From Leptogorgia sarmentosa (taxonomy: Eukaryota): DNA of 64,000 bases. Position 1 is the stretch's first letter. Every line of letters starts with the position of its first letter. Below, piece after piece: positions 23,675-36,267 of the stretch. Made by a program: the position numbers and the translations under genes. The notes below the pieces were generated by a model. It did no database searches, had not been told where the DNA came from, and was given only the letters and a program-made list of their open reading frames with translations. The stretch lies in assembly GCA_964658305.1 (NCBI GenBank), contig OZ210885.1, positions 15,810,001-15,874,000 of the forward strand, in the 5' to 3' direction.

Positions 23675-25312
23675 CTACCAACTCACTCCACAAATTCGAG
23701 GGCAAAAGCCCACAAGTCCCCAAGAATGTCCAGATAAGGAGTCCAACCTCTTTTGCGCTGGTAACAACAATGCATCAGAAGCGCCTGTACTGTACCGAAC
23801 GTGATCCTGAAAGGACCTCAGCACCTTAACGGCTATCGCTTCTTTCATGGTAATGGGGAAAAGGACTTCCTCAGGTTTCCAATAATCAAAAATCTGAAGT
23901 TGGAGAGGTGACAAGATGGATCCGCCCCATCCTGATTGAGAAGCATCCGTCGCAACAGTGATTTGTAGATGGCGCTCCTGACGCCACGGCAGGGGGTCGT
24001 CCCAGTGTTCCAAGAACAGCCAATGAGCAATTTCCTCCCGGAGAGCGCCTAGTAGAGGAAGAGGCTTGCGGGTAGACAAACCCTTCGAGATTGCTGCGTT
24101 CATGTCTCGGGTAAACAACCGAGCGGCTGGGACAGCAAGAGAAAACGAAACACACTTGCCCACTATTCTCTGTAACGTTTTAACCGAGACAAACCGCGAT
24201 TGCAGTGTGTCGTGAATAAGTTGCACAAACTTCTGTTTTTTGGTCAGAATAAGGTGAAAAAGCTCACGAACAGAGTCCGCTCGGAAACCCAGGAAGGGAA
24301 CCTCTTGACGTGGTATCAAAATTGACTTGGACAGGCCCAGAAAATAACCGAGGCGAACGAGGTAAAAGGCGACTAGAAAGATGGCTGATTGCGCAGCAGC
24401 AAAGTTACGTGCATCAGTCGTCGGTAATAGAGCATATGCCCCCTTATCGTGTGCAACTTGGAGCTGCCCATTATGTCTGTCATCGATATAGAGCAAGCAT
24501 GGTATGCCCAACGAACGGAAAAGATTAGACGCCAGTAATCCGGTAGAATGATATACGTACGGCGAAAGCTTCCAACCAAACGGTAAGGTGTTGTACGTAA
24601 AGTACCATCCACCCCATTGAATCCCAAAATATGTGCGACTAGACAGTGCCAAGAAAATATGGTCATACCCTGACTTATCATCCAGAACAGTCTGGTAAGA
24701 GTTTTTACTCACATAACGAGGTATGTCTATCAATCTATCCAAAGTGAAAGGCTTATCCTCGATCCACAGGTTCAAAAAACGGGCATCGTGGCACAAACGG
24801 GGTTTGGTTGGCTCGACTGTTAAGGGTAATACTAAATGAGGCGGCGCAACCTGCCCTACCCGGCCGAGAAGAGAAATAGTGCCCGAGCGTAGACGTTGCA
24901 GGAGCGTGGTAGAAATAAATTCCACAAAAGGTCTACACGAAACGTTATTCCTGAAAACACGAGGCAGAGGTAAAGTAGAGTCAAATTGTTCACCCTTAAA
25001 AATCCCCTTGAAATGGTGAAAATATGGGAAAATTGAAACTTGGTGCGTGATCCACTCCAATACTTCGTGTTGGTTGGCCGAGGGTGCCTGCTCAGCAATA
25101 GACTCCCAGGAGGCGATATGCCGATGCAATTCGCCAGCAATGAAGTGGTTCGGATCCCGGAATGCTAACCGTTCGATATCACCAATGGCCTCCCCCTGTT
25201 CAACGAGGTTCACGAGATCTGCCAGATGGTCATTCGCTGTCCCCCCTCCGTCAATCGGCAGGGATTCTCCCCCCCTGTTAACCCAAGATATGTCCCCAAT
25301 CGGCTGTGGCAT
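23675..25312 (-). pseudogene. DIRS reverse transcriptase/RNase H, 3' part internally deleted
   Basis: KPRLCHDARFLN, LDDKSGYDH, LPFGWKLSP, YIDD and RNase H ATDAS. The rest of RNase H and the methyltransferase-like region are largely missing. Confidence 0.9.
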
Positions 25313-25738
25313 TCCAATAGATGCATCAAAGGAAGAGGTGATCTCCCATGGCCAAAATGTTGTGGGCTACAAAGGAAGAGCACCGCCGTCAATGAGAGAG
25401 AACCCCACGCCAATCAACGGAGAGGAGCCAGCTTTGACCCAGTATGACCGGGAGGGTGGTGGTTAGATACCCTGTTTTCAAAGCCACAACTCACACAAGA
25501 TATGCAGAAATAACACACACACCAAAGATTAAATATCACTTTATTTAGTTTACTTCACTGGGGAATACCCCCGACTAGATAAATTATAAGCTCATATCAA
25601 TAGTATTCCCTCCAGTACTCCTACGTATTCATCGCCCTAATAGACGCGATTCACACATTTGTTAGCGTATCGTTGTTTATGTTCTTTTTTTCTTTTTTTT
25701 TTCTTTTTAATTTTTAACTAATGAACTGAAATGATCCA

Positions 25739-27546
25739 TCATTTTGGCGCAGTATCAGGACTTGTAGACGAGGCCGCAGATATCACTCTTCCCCGTCTTG
25801 ACAAGCATTTTGCCACAATGTGGCCAATGCGATTACACACATAACATCGGAGAGCCCCAGCCTGCGCTGATCGGCCAGCATACGACGCAGGACGCCGATA
25901 CGGTTGAAACGATCCCCGTATAGATGACAACTTGCTCCAAGACTTTTCTACCTTGGCCACTGCCTCAAAAACTCGTTGGTGATCTTTGTCTCCCAACAAT
26001 TGAAGAAGTAAGGAACGAAAATGTTCGTTAGGAAGGTCAATTTTACTCCGAGCCGTGTAGTAGGCCAGACGATAATATTCTCGCTGATCATGGGAATGAT
26101 CGCGAGCAGTATTCTGCAACGTTTCACACATCTCAATGGCCTCGTACTTATTGAACTCCGTGATGGGACGTGTGGCGTAATCCAGGACTTTGCACAAAAC
26201 GGAGCCCACAGAAGATTTTGAGTATGCCTCGACAGACTTTCGTAACTGCTCGACTTCTTCCCTCAACTGCTATTATGAATAAACAAACGGAACAATATAA
26301 ACAATCCTGGCACCCTCTAATAGTTTCTGTGAGTGTGGCAACCCATAAAATATCACCGGGCGACCCCCACCGAACAGACTGTATGGCGGAAGGTCCCTTT
26401 TTATGTCGGTGAACACTCACCCACGGTATCCGTACGATATTGGGGGAAATCTCACCCACTGTATGATTTTGATTAACTCTCATCCACTATACGATTTTGG
26501 TGAACTCTCACCCACTATACGATTTTGGTGAACTCTCACCCACTATATGATTTTGGTGAACTCTCACCCACTATACGATTGTGGTGAACTCTCACCCACT
26601 GTAAGATTTTGGTGAACTCTCACCCACTATACGATTTTGTTGAACTCTCACCCACTATACGATTGTGGTGAACTCTCACCCACTGTAAGATTTTGGTGAA
26701 CTCTCACCCACTATACGATTTTGTTGAACTCTCACCCACTATACGATTGTGGTGAACTCTCACTAACTATACGATTGTGGTGAACTCTCACCCACTATAT
26801 GATTTTGGTGAACTCTCACCCACTATACGATTGTGGTGAACTCTCACCCACTATATGATTTTGGTGAACTCTCACCCACTATACGATTTTGGTGAACTCT
26901 CACCCACTATACGATTGTGGTGAACTCTCACCCACTATACGATTGTGGTGAACTCGCACCCACTATATGATTTTGGTGAACTCTCACCCACTATACGATT
27001 TTGGTGAACTCTCACCCACTGTAAGATTTTGGTGAACTCTCACCCCTATTGTCTATTGTTGCTATACAATTAGATATGCATGATTAACATAACTAGGTGA
27101 GGCCTAAGCGTAAGTTGTTTGTTTGTTTTTTTTTTTTTTCATTGGCGTCCGAGGACTAAATAGTTGTACTGTAGGTTAAAGCCCTAGCCCCAACAACCAT
27201 GAAACAAACAAACATATGCATCGACGAACAAGGAAGAAAATAATTTAGTTAGACATCATACACAACTAACGAACCAAATCACACTCACAAGCGAAAATGT
27301 TTGAACACCTAAATAATACATCCGGAGTGCTAAATACAATAGTGTATAAAAGGCACCATGATCTATTACCTCCAGTTCTCCTTGTGGTTGTTGTTGGGCC
27401 ACAACGGGAGCGGCTGCTTGTAAGTCTTGTGCAGGAAGATCTGGCGGCGCCTGAGGTGCTGGTTGTGGCGGATTTTCAACGACGGCAACAGCGACATTCT
27501 CAGCCACAGGATATTGCAATTCAGGTGCCTCGTTGCGCTGGGCCAT
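25739..27546 (-). CDS. DIRS gag-like protein, predicted two exons (27546-27370 and 26269/26266-25739)
   Basis: Exon 1 is 59 codons, Pro/Ala/Gln-rich, ending GAG|GTAATA. A TAGCAG acceptor gives a phase-0 join to LREEVEQLRK. C-terminal CYVCNRIGHIVAKC knuckle. Confidence 0.65.
26449..27046. repeat. 28-bp minisatellite, about 21 copies
   Basis: Head-to-tail unit CCACTATACGATTTTGGTGAACTCTCAC with recurrent variants and no unique spacers. Confidence 0.95.
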
Positions 27547-27935
27547 AATCTTGATGGAGGGAAGATGACTGTATCGGTAATATTCGAGGGGCGTACTCAG
27601 GCGCCAGAGTTAAGAGCACTCGAGAACATGTCCGACCGGTATACTGAGCAAGAAGGGAGTTTTCTGGCTGGATTTCGCATTTTATAACCTCTTATTCTCC
27701 TGTACATGTGTGTCCTTGCATTTATTATCCTTTATTGTCATTCAACCGTGCCTTATTCCTTAATTCATCTTTGCATATCATTATGAGTATTATGAATAGT
27801 AGGCTGAATTTACCACTTATGTCTACACAACGGCAAACCTCACTTTGTTACAGAATAGACTCGAACCCGAATTTGAATTTAATGAATTTCGCTTCTCTCT
27901 TCCAAACCTGCCTATCTGTCTGTTTTTCGTATTTA

Positions 27936-28181
27936 CAGGGGGTGGACAAAAAAAAGTGGCCCCCAGAACAATTCGGTTTATAAGCGGCAAGCTCCACAAC
28001 CTTGCAGATTTAAAGAGGATTTAAATTTTGAGATTTGAATTTGCTTAGGTTGAAAGATTTATAAATTTGCTTAGGCCGTACTAAAACCAAACGGGGTTCT
28101 GCATTCCCGATTACTTGAGAGAGATGTTTTTCAGTAAAAACCGAATTGTTCTGGGGGCCACTTTTTTTTGGCCACCCCCTG
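27936..28181. mobile_element. Tc1/mariner-type MITE
   Basis: TA|CAGGGGGTGGACAAAAAAAAGTGGCCCC...GGGGCCACTTTTTTTTGGCCACCCCCTG|TA. Confidence 0.85.
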
Positions 28182-29485
28182 TAAAATTCCCCAGAAATGT
28201 GCTATCAATTTTTTATGCTCATTTTGGTGGGGGCCCCTTTTGGGGGCCCTCTGTCACTGGACACCCTGACACCCCTCTGTTATGCCACTGTATACATATC
28301 ACATACCAATTTCATGGATATACATAATAGATATCACATACCAATTGTGCATGAAAATTCTGTACACTAACTCTAACATTATTTTTTTAGATATTTAAGA
28401 GCTGTTGCCTACACATGGTTAATAAAATGGATGTGTGGCCGGCTGGGATGGGACAACACAAGACCACTTCCAGCCTGTGTTTATAATTTTATCAAGAATA
28501 AATATCAAATAGTGGACAATATAAAGGGTTATATCCAAGCTTAGCAGAGGCAATAATAGTCAATTCAAGTCTTGGCTATGTAATTGCATTGCTGAAATTC
28601 TGCAAAATGCTTGATTGTGCATGCCGAGCTGTTTGATGTTTCTCCTTGTGATATACATTTTGCCAAATGTAGTTTTAGAAACCTGAATTGTTACCAGTGT
28701 TAAAGATTTGATGCATTACATGTGGCATGCAGCAGAATAACTTGTTTAAACAGATTGTTTGAATACACTTACACTGCGAATGTATGAACATAAATTATCA
28801 CTAGTTATTTTCCAGCAATGTTTATATATTATTTTAGTGTGTTCTAGTAGTTGCTTAGAACTGGTTACAAACGTTTACTATATATTATATGGTAAAATAA
28901 TCTAGTACTATATATATTATTACTTGTTATTCCATTTATATTTATAAAATATCAGTATTGTTTTATTTGCTATCTTGCCCGTTTAAATTTGAATAAATGA
29001 ACTATGAAGTTAATTATCACATTTATATACTCATTTATTATGTTTATTCTCTATACCCTTATTCTCTTTAACCAAAATACGATTCACGTCAAAGCATGAA
29101 TCATCAAAGGAGGCAGGACAAAGCACTAGGCTGTAGAGACACTAAAGTCTGGCCGCTGTTTGCAGACGGAATTTCCCCACTTTCTTCGGCTGTTTGCATC
29201 TGTTTCTGCGTTAGAAAACAGATACATAAATATACCTTCTGTGCATATATTATTGCTGCAGCTAACTAAGTTAGGACCGCCAGCAACAAAATGTTTTCCT
29301 CCACGAACATGTTTTGCGCTATCAGTTTGCGCTTAAAATAAGACAATAAAAAAGGGGTCGAAGTTTTCATTTCAGTAGCACTTTAAGGAGTGTCGTACAA
29401 GTGTGTAATTTGAATGCAAAACGTTCACTGCCAAAAATTGATAAGCTTTGTTTATTCAGATGTCATGTCTATATCACTAATATGA

Positions 29486-29853
29486 CTATATGAAATGTTT
29501 GTATTCTCTTGCAGCGGTCTTGGATATCCAATTTCGGATAATCCTAGCTCCATCACATTCAGCCACTGCATCCCGGAAGTTCATGTACAATAGGCCATGT
29601 TGAAGAACAGAACATTGATGGTTAAACATATCATCTTCTGGCTGACTTGATTCATTTGACCCAGTAGATTGAGTGGATGTAGTTTTTGTAACTTGGGGCA
29701 AATCTGGGGATCATGATGATTTTGTTCATGTTTTCGTCTGCTTTTGCCATCATATTTAAAGCTTTTAGTGCAGCCAACTACACGGCAAGGATACTGCCCA
29801 TCTGGAGTTTGCACCTGGTTAAGTCTCTTGTCTTCTAGCAATTGCTGTGACAC
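29486..29853 (-). pseudogene. DUF6589/Academ-like transposase fragment (C-terminal part)
   Basis: C2H2-like YPCRVVGCTKSFKYDGK...HEQNHH, then DDMFNHQ...GLLYMNFRDAVAECDGARIIRNW, matching the family motif DAVxEGDGxR. Confidence 0.55.
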
Positions 29854-32130
29854 TGTAGTAAATTGTTTAAGTTACAGTTAAAAACCTTTATAGTCTAGGT
29901 CTGTGTTTGTACAGTTGCAAAACGGTTGGAATGACGTGATTGATGGCGTTGCAACGAACGGTTGTTTCTGAGTTTTTATAGTTAAGAGTTTTGGTTACTG
30001 TTGTGAATCTTATCACTATTAAAATATATATAGAGCGACAGATTTCTGTTCTTTACAAGTGGTGGCAGCAGTGGGATCATTTTAAAATGTCAAACGAAGC
30101 TGAGTTACGAGAAGAAATTGTCAAACTTACCACAAAATTACGGGAATATGAGGTACGATCTGAGAGTGAACCAGCGTCAACAGCGACGAGTTTGACGGTT
30201 GTCGAGTCAAATAATGTCAAAGCGAAGCCAGGAAACTACGCGGATGGATCTTGGGACGAATGGATAAACCATTTCAACCTGTGTGCCAATGTAAACAGAT
30301 GGGATGAAACGCAACGTTGTCAACAGCTAGCCGTGGCACTGAGAGGTCGAGCACAGCGCATCTATTTTACTTTATCCCGCGAGGAGAAAGCTGATTTTTC
30401 TGGGTTGCAAGCCGCACTACGATCCCGACTACAACCAGAGGAACAAAGAAGAATCCACAAGTTAAATTTTAACACTCGAAGGCGAAGTAAGGGAGAAAAC
30501 ATTGTTGATTTCGCAGCGAGCTTGAGACAACTAGCACAATGCCAGTACGGCGAACAAGTTTCTGGCTTCGTAGAGGAAGACATGATTGATCAATTCATCA
30601 AAGCACTGGATACTCGAGAGCTCAGAGTCGCTGTAAGTCAAGCAGGCGTCAAAACGCTGGATGAAGCAAAAATCGCCATTAAACTCGAGTATTGATTTGG
30701 CAGAAGTGCAAGAAAATTCAACGAAAGTAAACATGGCGCGGAATACCGCCGATGGTTCTCTCGCTGGCGCAAAAGGAGAAGATGCTGACTCAGCACCAAG
30801 ATGGGCCCGGGAATTGATGGAAAACCAAACCCAATTGATGAAAAAGATGATGGATTGTTTTGAGAGAAGAGAAAAGAAGGTAATCACCTGTTATAGTTGC
30901 GGCAAATCGGGACATTTTGCAAGAAATTCTTCCAATACTAATCCAAATCAATTTAAAAGGCTGCCATTTGGACTGACAAATGCACCGGCGACGTTCCAAC
31001 GTGTTATGAACAACATACTTTCAGGCTTGACATGGACCGATTGCCTGGTGTATGTCGATGACATTATTGTATTTGGTAGTACATTGGCCGTGCACAATAA
31101 ACGACTAGATAAAGTACTCGCAAGACTGGAACAAACAGGACCTAAGTTAAACGCGAAGAAATGCTATTTAGTTCAAGCGAAATGCATTATTCTCGGACAT
31201 TTGGTAAGCAAAGAAGGCATATCTACTGATCCAGAAAAGACACAAGTCATACATGATTGGCCCATACCTAACAACATCTCGGACCTTCGCTCCTTTCTCG
31301 GTTGTATTGGATATTATCGCCAGTTCATTCGGGACTTTGCCAAAATTGCTGAACCGTTGTATAAGCTCGAGAGGAAGGGTATTGTTTATAACTGGAACAA
31401 AGAGAGCGATGTTGCTTTTCAAACATTGAAGCAAAAGCTAGTTTCTGCACCAATATTAGCTTACCCGCAATTGGATCTGTCATTTACTCTGGATACCAAC
31501 GCGTGTGACACAGGGATCGGAGCAGTATTGTTGAAACAGCAGGAAGACAGGGAGAGGCCGATCACCTTTGCAGGGAGAGCTCTAAAAAAAAGCCGAATAT
31601 CTTGTGGGAAATATGTTTACAGCGCGAACTGATCATAATGTGTTAAAGTGGCTAAACAACTTCAAGGAACCAAAGGGTCAAGTTGCTTGCTGGATTGAGA
31701 GACTTTCGATATTCAATTTTACTATTGAACACAGACCTGGTCGGAAGCATGGTAACGCAGATGGCGTCTCTCGCAGGCTGTGGGAAGACGAGTTGGAGAC
31801 ACAAATGGGGGCTCCAAGCGTAGATGAAAACGTTACGTTGGTGACAACGAAAGAAGAGTCCACTGGACACTGGTGTCATCACTGGACGAAGAGCGATATG
31901 AAGCTGTATCAGTATGAAGATCTACATATTGGTAAAGTACTGAAATGGGTGCAAGAGGGTCGGAAACCACCGGAAGAAGAAATTAAACAGTTCTGACCAG
32001 AAACAGGAAACTTATGGAGTCAATTCGAGAGTCTTACATTAATAGATGGACTGCTTTACCGAAAATTTGAAGATGAAGCGGGAAATGTGAAATATCTTCA
32101 ATTGTGTTTACCAAGTAAGTTGGTTCCTGA
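29854..32130 (+). mobile_element. Internally deleted Ty3/Gypsy retrotransposon
   Basis: Candidate LTR 29854-30057 (TGT...ACA) and PBS TGGTGGCAGCAGTGGGAT at 30060. gag 30087-30695. The knuckle CYSCGKSGH is fused directly to RT RLPFGL...YVDD, so protease is deleted. RNase H LDTNAC and RTDH. Truncated before integrase. Confidence 0.85.
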
Positions 32131-32349
32131 ATATCTATATAATTTTACATAGTCTTTAATTTGCCAATATTCACTACATACCACATACAATATTATAGAA
32201 AAATGCACAGGTTTTGCTTCTGCTTTTGCAATAATCATATAGTAATTTATATAGCTGGTTTGGTGTTAGGTTATCTGGTGATTGTGGATCAGCTAACCCA
32301 GCTGAGTAATCGAATAAATATGACATCATTGTCTATTATTTACATTGAA

Positions 32350-33019
32350 CACACTCTAGCACAATGGCAAATGGAGATTGCCTTTATAATGCCTGTTCCA
32401 TAGCTGTTACTGGAAATGGTAGTGATATTTCTGTGATACTATGTTGCCTTACCAGCATCGAATTATTTGAAAATGCTGCCTATAATGCCAACCACCCTAT
32501 TATCTTATCACAGCATGAAAGCAGTGCGTTCGTTTACCAAACAAATGCCTTTGCAATGTGCTTGTCTGATGATGCTTTGGAAAAGGGCAGAGGAATTCCA
32601 GCTGTTATTGAAGAAGCCCGGAACAATGCAAAAAATTATCAATTTTCCTCATGTTGTGCTTTTTTGCATTAGCATCAGTACTTGGTTGCACTATAGAATC
32701 ATATTACCCAATAACCAATGACTCTGCCCCACAACAAGAATGGAACTCTCTAGAAAAAATGTTCAACTGTACAGTTTCGCCAAAGCAAGAAGTGGATGTT
32801 ACATATTCAGAAACAGTTCATATTTTCCGCTGTGCTGCTATGCTGACACGATATTTAGCTGACCAACATATTCCTGACCACAAGAATCATTATGTTGTTT
32901 TGTGCAAACCAAGTGATGATCTTCAACTTGGTGAGAATTACTTCAAACCTAAATTGCTATTGTTGCCACAATATGAAGCTAAATCATGTACCTCCAGCTT
33001 AACATCTGAAACAGCCTAG
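32350..33019 (+). pseudogene. OTU/vertnin-like cysteine protease module upstream of the hAT transposase
   Basis: ANGDCLYNACSIAV (catalytic Cys context), LTSIELFENA, ALASVLGCTIESYYP and KNHYVVL (His context). One frameshift near 32660. Confidence 0.55.
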
Positions 33020-33464
33020 CAAGTCAGCTACAAGTAAAAAGAAAACAACTGAATATAGATGTATTGCTTCCTAAAAAAACAACCAAAATGGTTCGCCAGA
33101 ACTTTAAACCGCAGACGTTGGATTTATTTATCGTATAGTAATTTTATTCGATCTAAATATGTAAATACAATGTAAGTTAATTATAATATACGCATGCAAA
33201 TTAATAGCTTTATAAACATAGATATAAGATATAAACGTACTCACTTCTGTTACAAATCCAACTTAAATCATAAACGTTCTCCCGGTTAGCATAAACTTAT
33301 AAACAGCCCTGGTTAGCACAAATACAGACCAATACAGATTATCAACTAAATGTTCCTACTAGCATTAAAGCGCACACTTGTGAACATGTGCTCTCGTCAT
33401 TACGTCATAGATTATGACACGTCTATATTAACTAAAACTTAAACGTCATTTTAGCGTTAGCATA

Positions 33465-35816
33465 ATGTCTTGCTATTCAACGAAACACAAAACATGTCTA
33501 CAAGATGTAGCCTCTTCAGCCAATGAACCATCAACCTCAGCCATTGAAAGTGAAGTTGAAAAAGCACCTGCCTCCACTCCAACTGCCCAAAGCAGAACAA
33601 CACTACAGGATAATGCCCAAAGAAATAATCCAAAAGATATGTTTAATTTTGTAAACAAGAGTTCTTCCCTTACTGATGCTGAAATTTGTGACATCCTAAC
33701 AAACATTTGGAAACCTGAATCCACTTACAATTTTCCCCTGGACAACTCCCCTGGTAGACGTTTTCAGTATGTATGGCAAACGTGTTATCCATGGTTGGCT
33801 TATTCTGCTGCAGCCAATGGTGGCTTCTGTGTCAACTGTGTTTTATTTGGCGGCGAGAGCACACAACGTTTCCAAACTGCAACGACTGATGACCTTACCT
33901 TTTGTTCCATCCACATCTTGCTAACACACAGCATGCCGATAAATCAAAAGTTCATGAGACAGCAACCATCCGGGCAAACCAAAGCAATTGATGTCCAAGT
34001 CAAAATTGCACGTTGAGAGATAATCGAAAGAAACAGAGTTCGACTTCGCACGATTGTTGATGCAGTTAACCTGTGGTAGACGAAATATCGCACTCCAAGG
34101 TCACAGGGACGATTCCCAGTTCTATGTTGATGAAGACGTGACAAACCCTGGAAACTTCATTGAGATCATGGTGCCAGGTGTGGAGATTTAATGGACCTAC
34201 TTTTTAAAGATTGTCCTTCCAACCAAACCAAACCTACCGATCGAAGACTATACAAAACGAAATCCTGGAAATCTGTTGTGAAATGATAACCGAAGTACTT
34301 GTTGGAGAAATTAAGCACACAAAGTTCTATTCTGTTTTAGTAACTGTTTGCTCTAATGTTGAACAGATGGCAGTGGTTCTGCGATTCGTGGACAGATCAT
34401 TCGACATACGGGAGGAATTCCTTGGTTTTGTTTCTTGTCAGAAGGGCCTAACTAGGGAAGTTTTGGCAGAGGAAATTTCTAATTTTGTTGAAAGCGTTGG
34501 ACTACGTATGGAAGATTGTCGTGGTCAAGGGTACGATGGGGCGGGAAACATGGCTGGAAAATATTCCGGAGTTGCAACTCAAATCCAAAGAATTTACAAG
34601 AAAGCAGTTTATGTTCACTGTAACTCTCATATTTTAAATCTATGTATTGCTGCATCTTGCCGAATACCGATAGTCCAGGACATGATGGATAACATCCGCA
34701 GTATGTCAAATTTTTTCAATGACTTGCCGAAGCGCACCCTGGTTTTGAAGGAAAAAATCAATGAAATTGTACCAACAGCTAGATGAAAAAAACTGCTTAA
34801 TGTTTGCTGGACCAGATGGTTGGCAAGAATTGACGGCTTAAAGATTTTTAACAACTGCTATGTGGCTATTCTTGCAGCATTAGAAGCGATTAACAACGAC
34901 AGATCTAACAAGGCAGATGTTAGCCAAAGAGCTGGTGGTATGAGAAAAGGAGTGAAGAAATTCGAGTTTATTGTCTGTCTTGTTCTGGTCGAACATTGTC
35001 TGAAGTGCACAAAGCCATTAACCCTTCAATTCCAATCCAAATCACTTGACACTGGAAAGGCTAGGGAAAAAGTGTCACTTTTATACCTAGCCATAGATGA
35101 TCTTCGCACCAACATTGACCAAACACACGATACCTTCTACCAAATGGCATTTGGCCAAAGAAGTGAATACTGATCCGAATAAGAAGAGAATGGCTGGTCA
35201 GAAAATTCATCGCGAGAATGTTCCTGCAGATACCACATCGGAGTATTATAAGCGTGCAGTGACTATCCCTTTTTTGGATCTACTGCTTGGTCAAGTACAG
35301 TCACGCTTCTCTGAAGGAAATTTAGATATTTTGGACATGATCTACGGAATGCCGAACTTGGTTGTTTCTGATCCAAACTGGAAGGAGAATTTCCTTCGTT
35401 TCTTGAAGAAATACGAAGATGATCTACCAGATAACAACTTTCTCGAATGTGAGTGAAAACTAAAGTTTTCCCATCAACAACCTCCTCTTCCATCATCGTT
35501 TGAACAACTTATTTCCACAACTGATGGACTTTCCTTCCCAAACATTCTTATAGCCATGCATATTTTTGGCACCATCCCCGTCACGATGTGCAGCTGCGAA
35601 AGATCTAATTCAACACTCCGACGATTAAAAACGTTCATGAGAAGCACAATGGGTGAGAAACGATTGAGATCGTTGGCGTTATTAAAAGTCCATCGTGAAA
35701 TTAAACTCGATTTAGACAAAGGAATAGACCGTTTTGCCCTTAAACATCCTAGAAGAATGTTGTTGGTTGACCTACTGAACAGCGATGATACTGTACATGT
35801 CAAAGAGAGTTCGTAA
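33465..35816 (+). pseudogene. hAT transposase (THAP12/ZMYM-like), multiply frameshifted
   Basis: YPWLAYS...GGFCVNCVLF, SKTIQNEIL, EQMAVVLRFV, GQGYDGAGNMAG, YVHCNSHILNL, TRWLAR and the dimerisation domain CERSNSTLRRLKTFMRSTMGEKRLRSLALL. Confidence 0.9.
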
Positions 35817-36267
35817 CATCCAAGAAATGGATTACCAGTGAAGATCTCTCCATTTTCTCCTTTATTAAAGTGTTACTGCAACGAATTTTTCGACCTTGTT
35901 TTTTTTGCCTTAAATAAATATTCGGGTCGAAAGATGAAATTTGGAGTATAGATGACTTTTGTCCGTTGAGTGGAAGTAACTAAACTTCGCCTCCAAACGC
36001 CGATACCGGATGCGAACAAAACATGGCCACCATTTTGTCACCTTGTGACGTCACAAGTGTAACACGTTTAGCGAAACTAGTAGTAAATTGTATTGCGTTA
36101 GAGCTATACTCTGTGTTTCTCGCGCTTTTTTGGGCAGAAAAAAAAATCTTTTGGAACAAAACTTGACCATAGGCATTTTAAGACAATATTCTTCGTGTGC
36201 AACCACGTGACAAAAATGCATTACGTAATTATTGTGCGCCATGTTGGATGACAAGCAAAACATAAAT

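Larger units (their letters stand above)
22151..29382. mobile_element. Kolobok-like non-autonomous DNA transposon hosting the DIRS element and MITEs
   Basis: TIR AGTGCTACTGAAACGAATTTTCGATCCC versus GGGGTCGAAGTTTTCATTTCAGTAGCACT, flanked by TTAG and TTAA. A THAP-start relic (VAGGPNLVSC) on the minus strand near 29260-29310 is homologous to 49500-49550. Confidence 0.75.

Noticed and set aside
26449..27046. CRISPR array (28-bp repeats)
   Set aside because: Units are directly head-to-tail with no unique spacers, there are no cas genes, and the context is eukaryotic.
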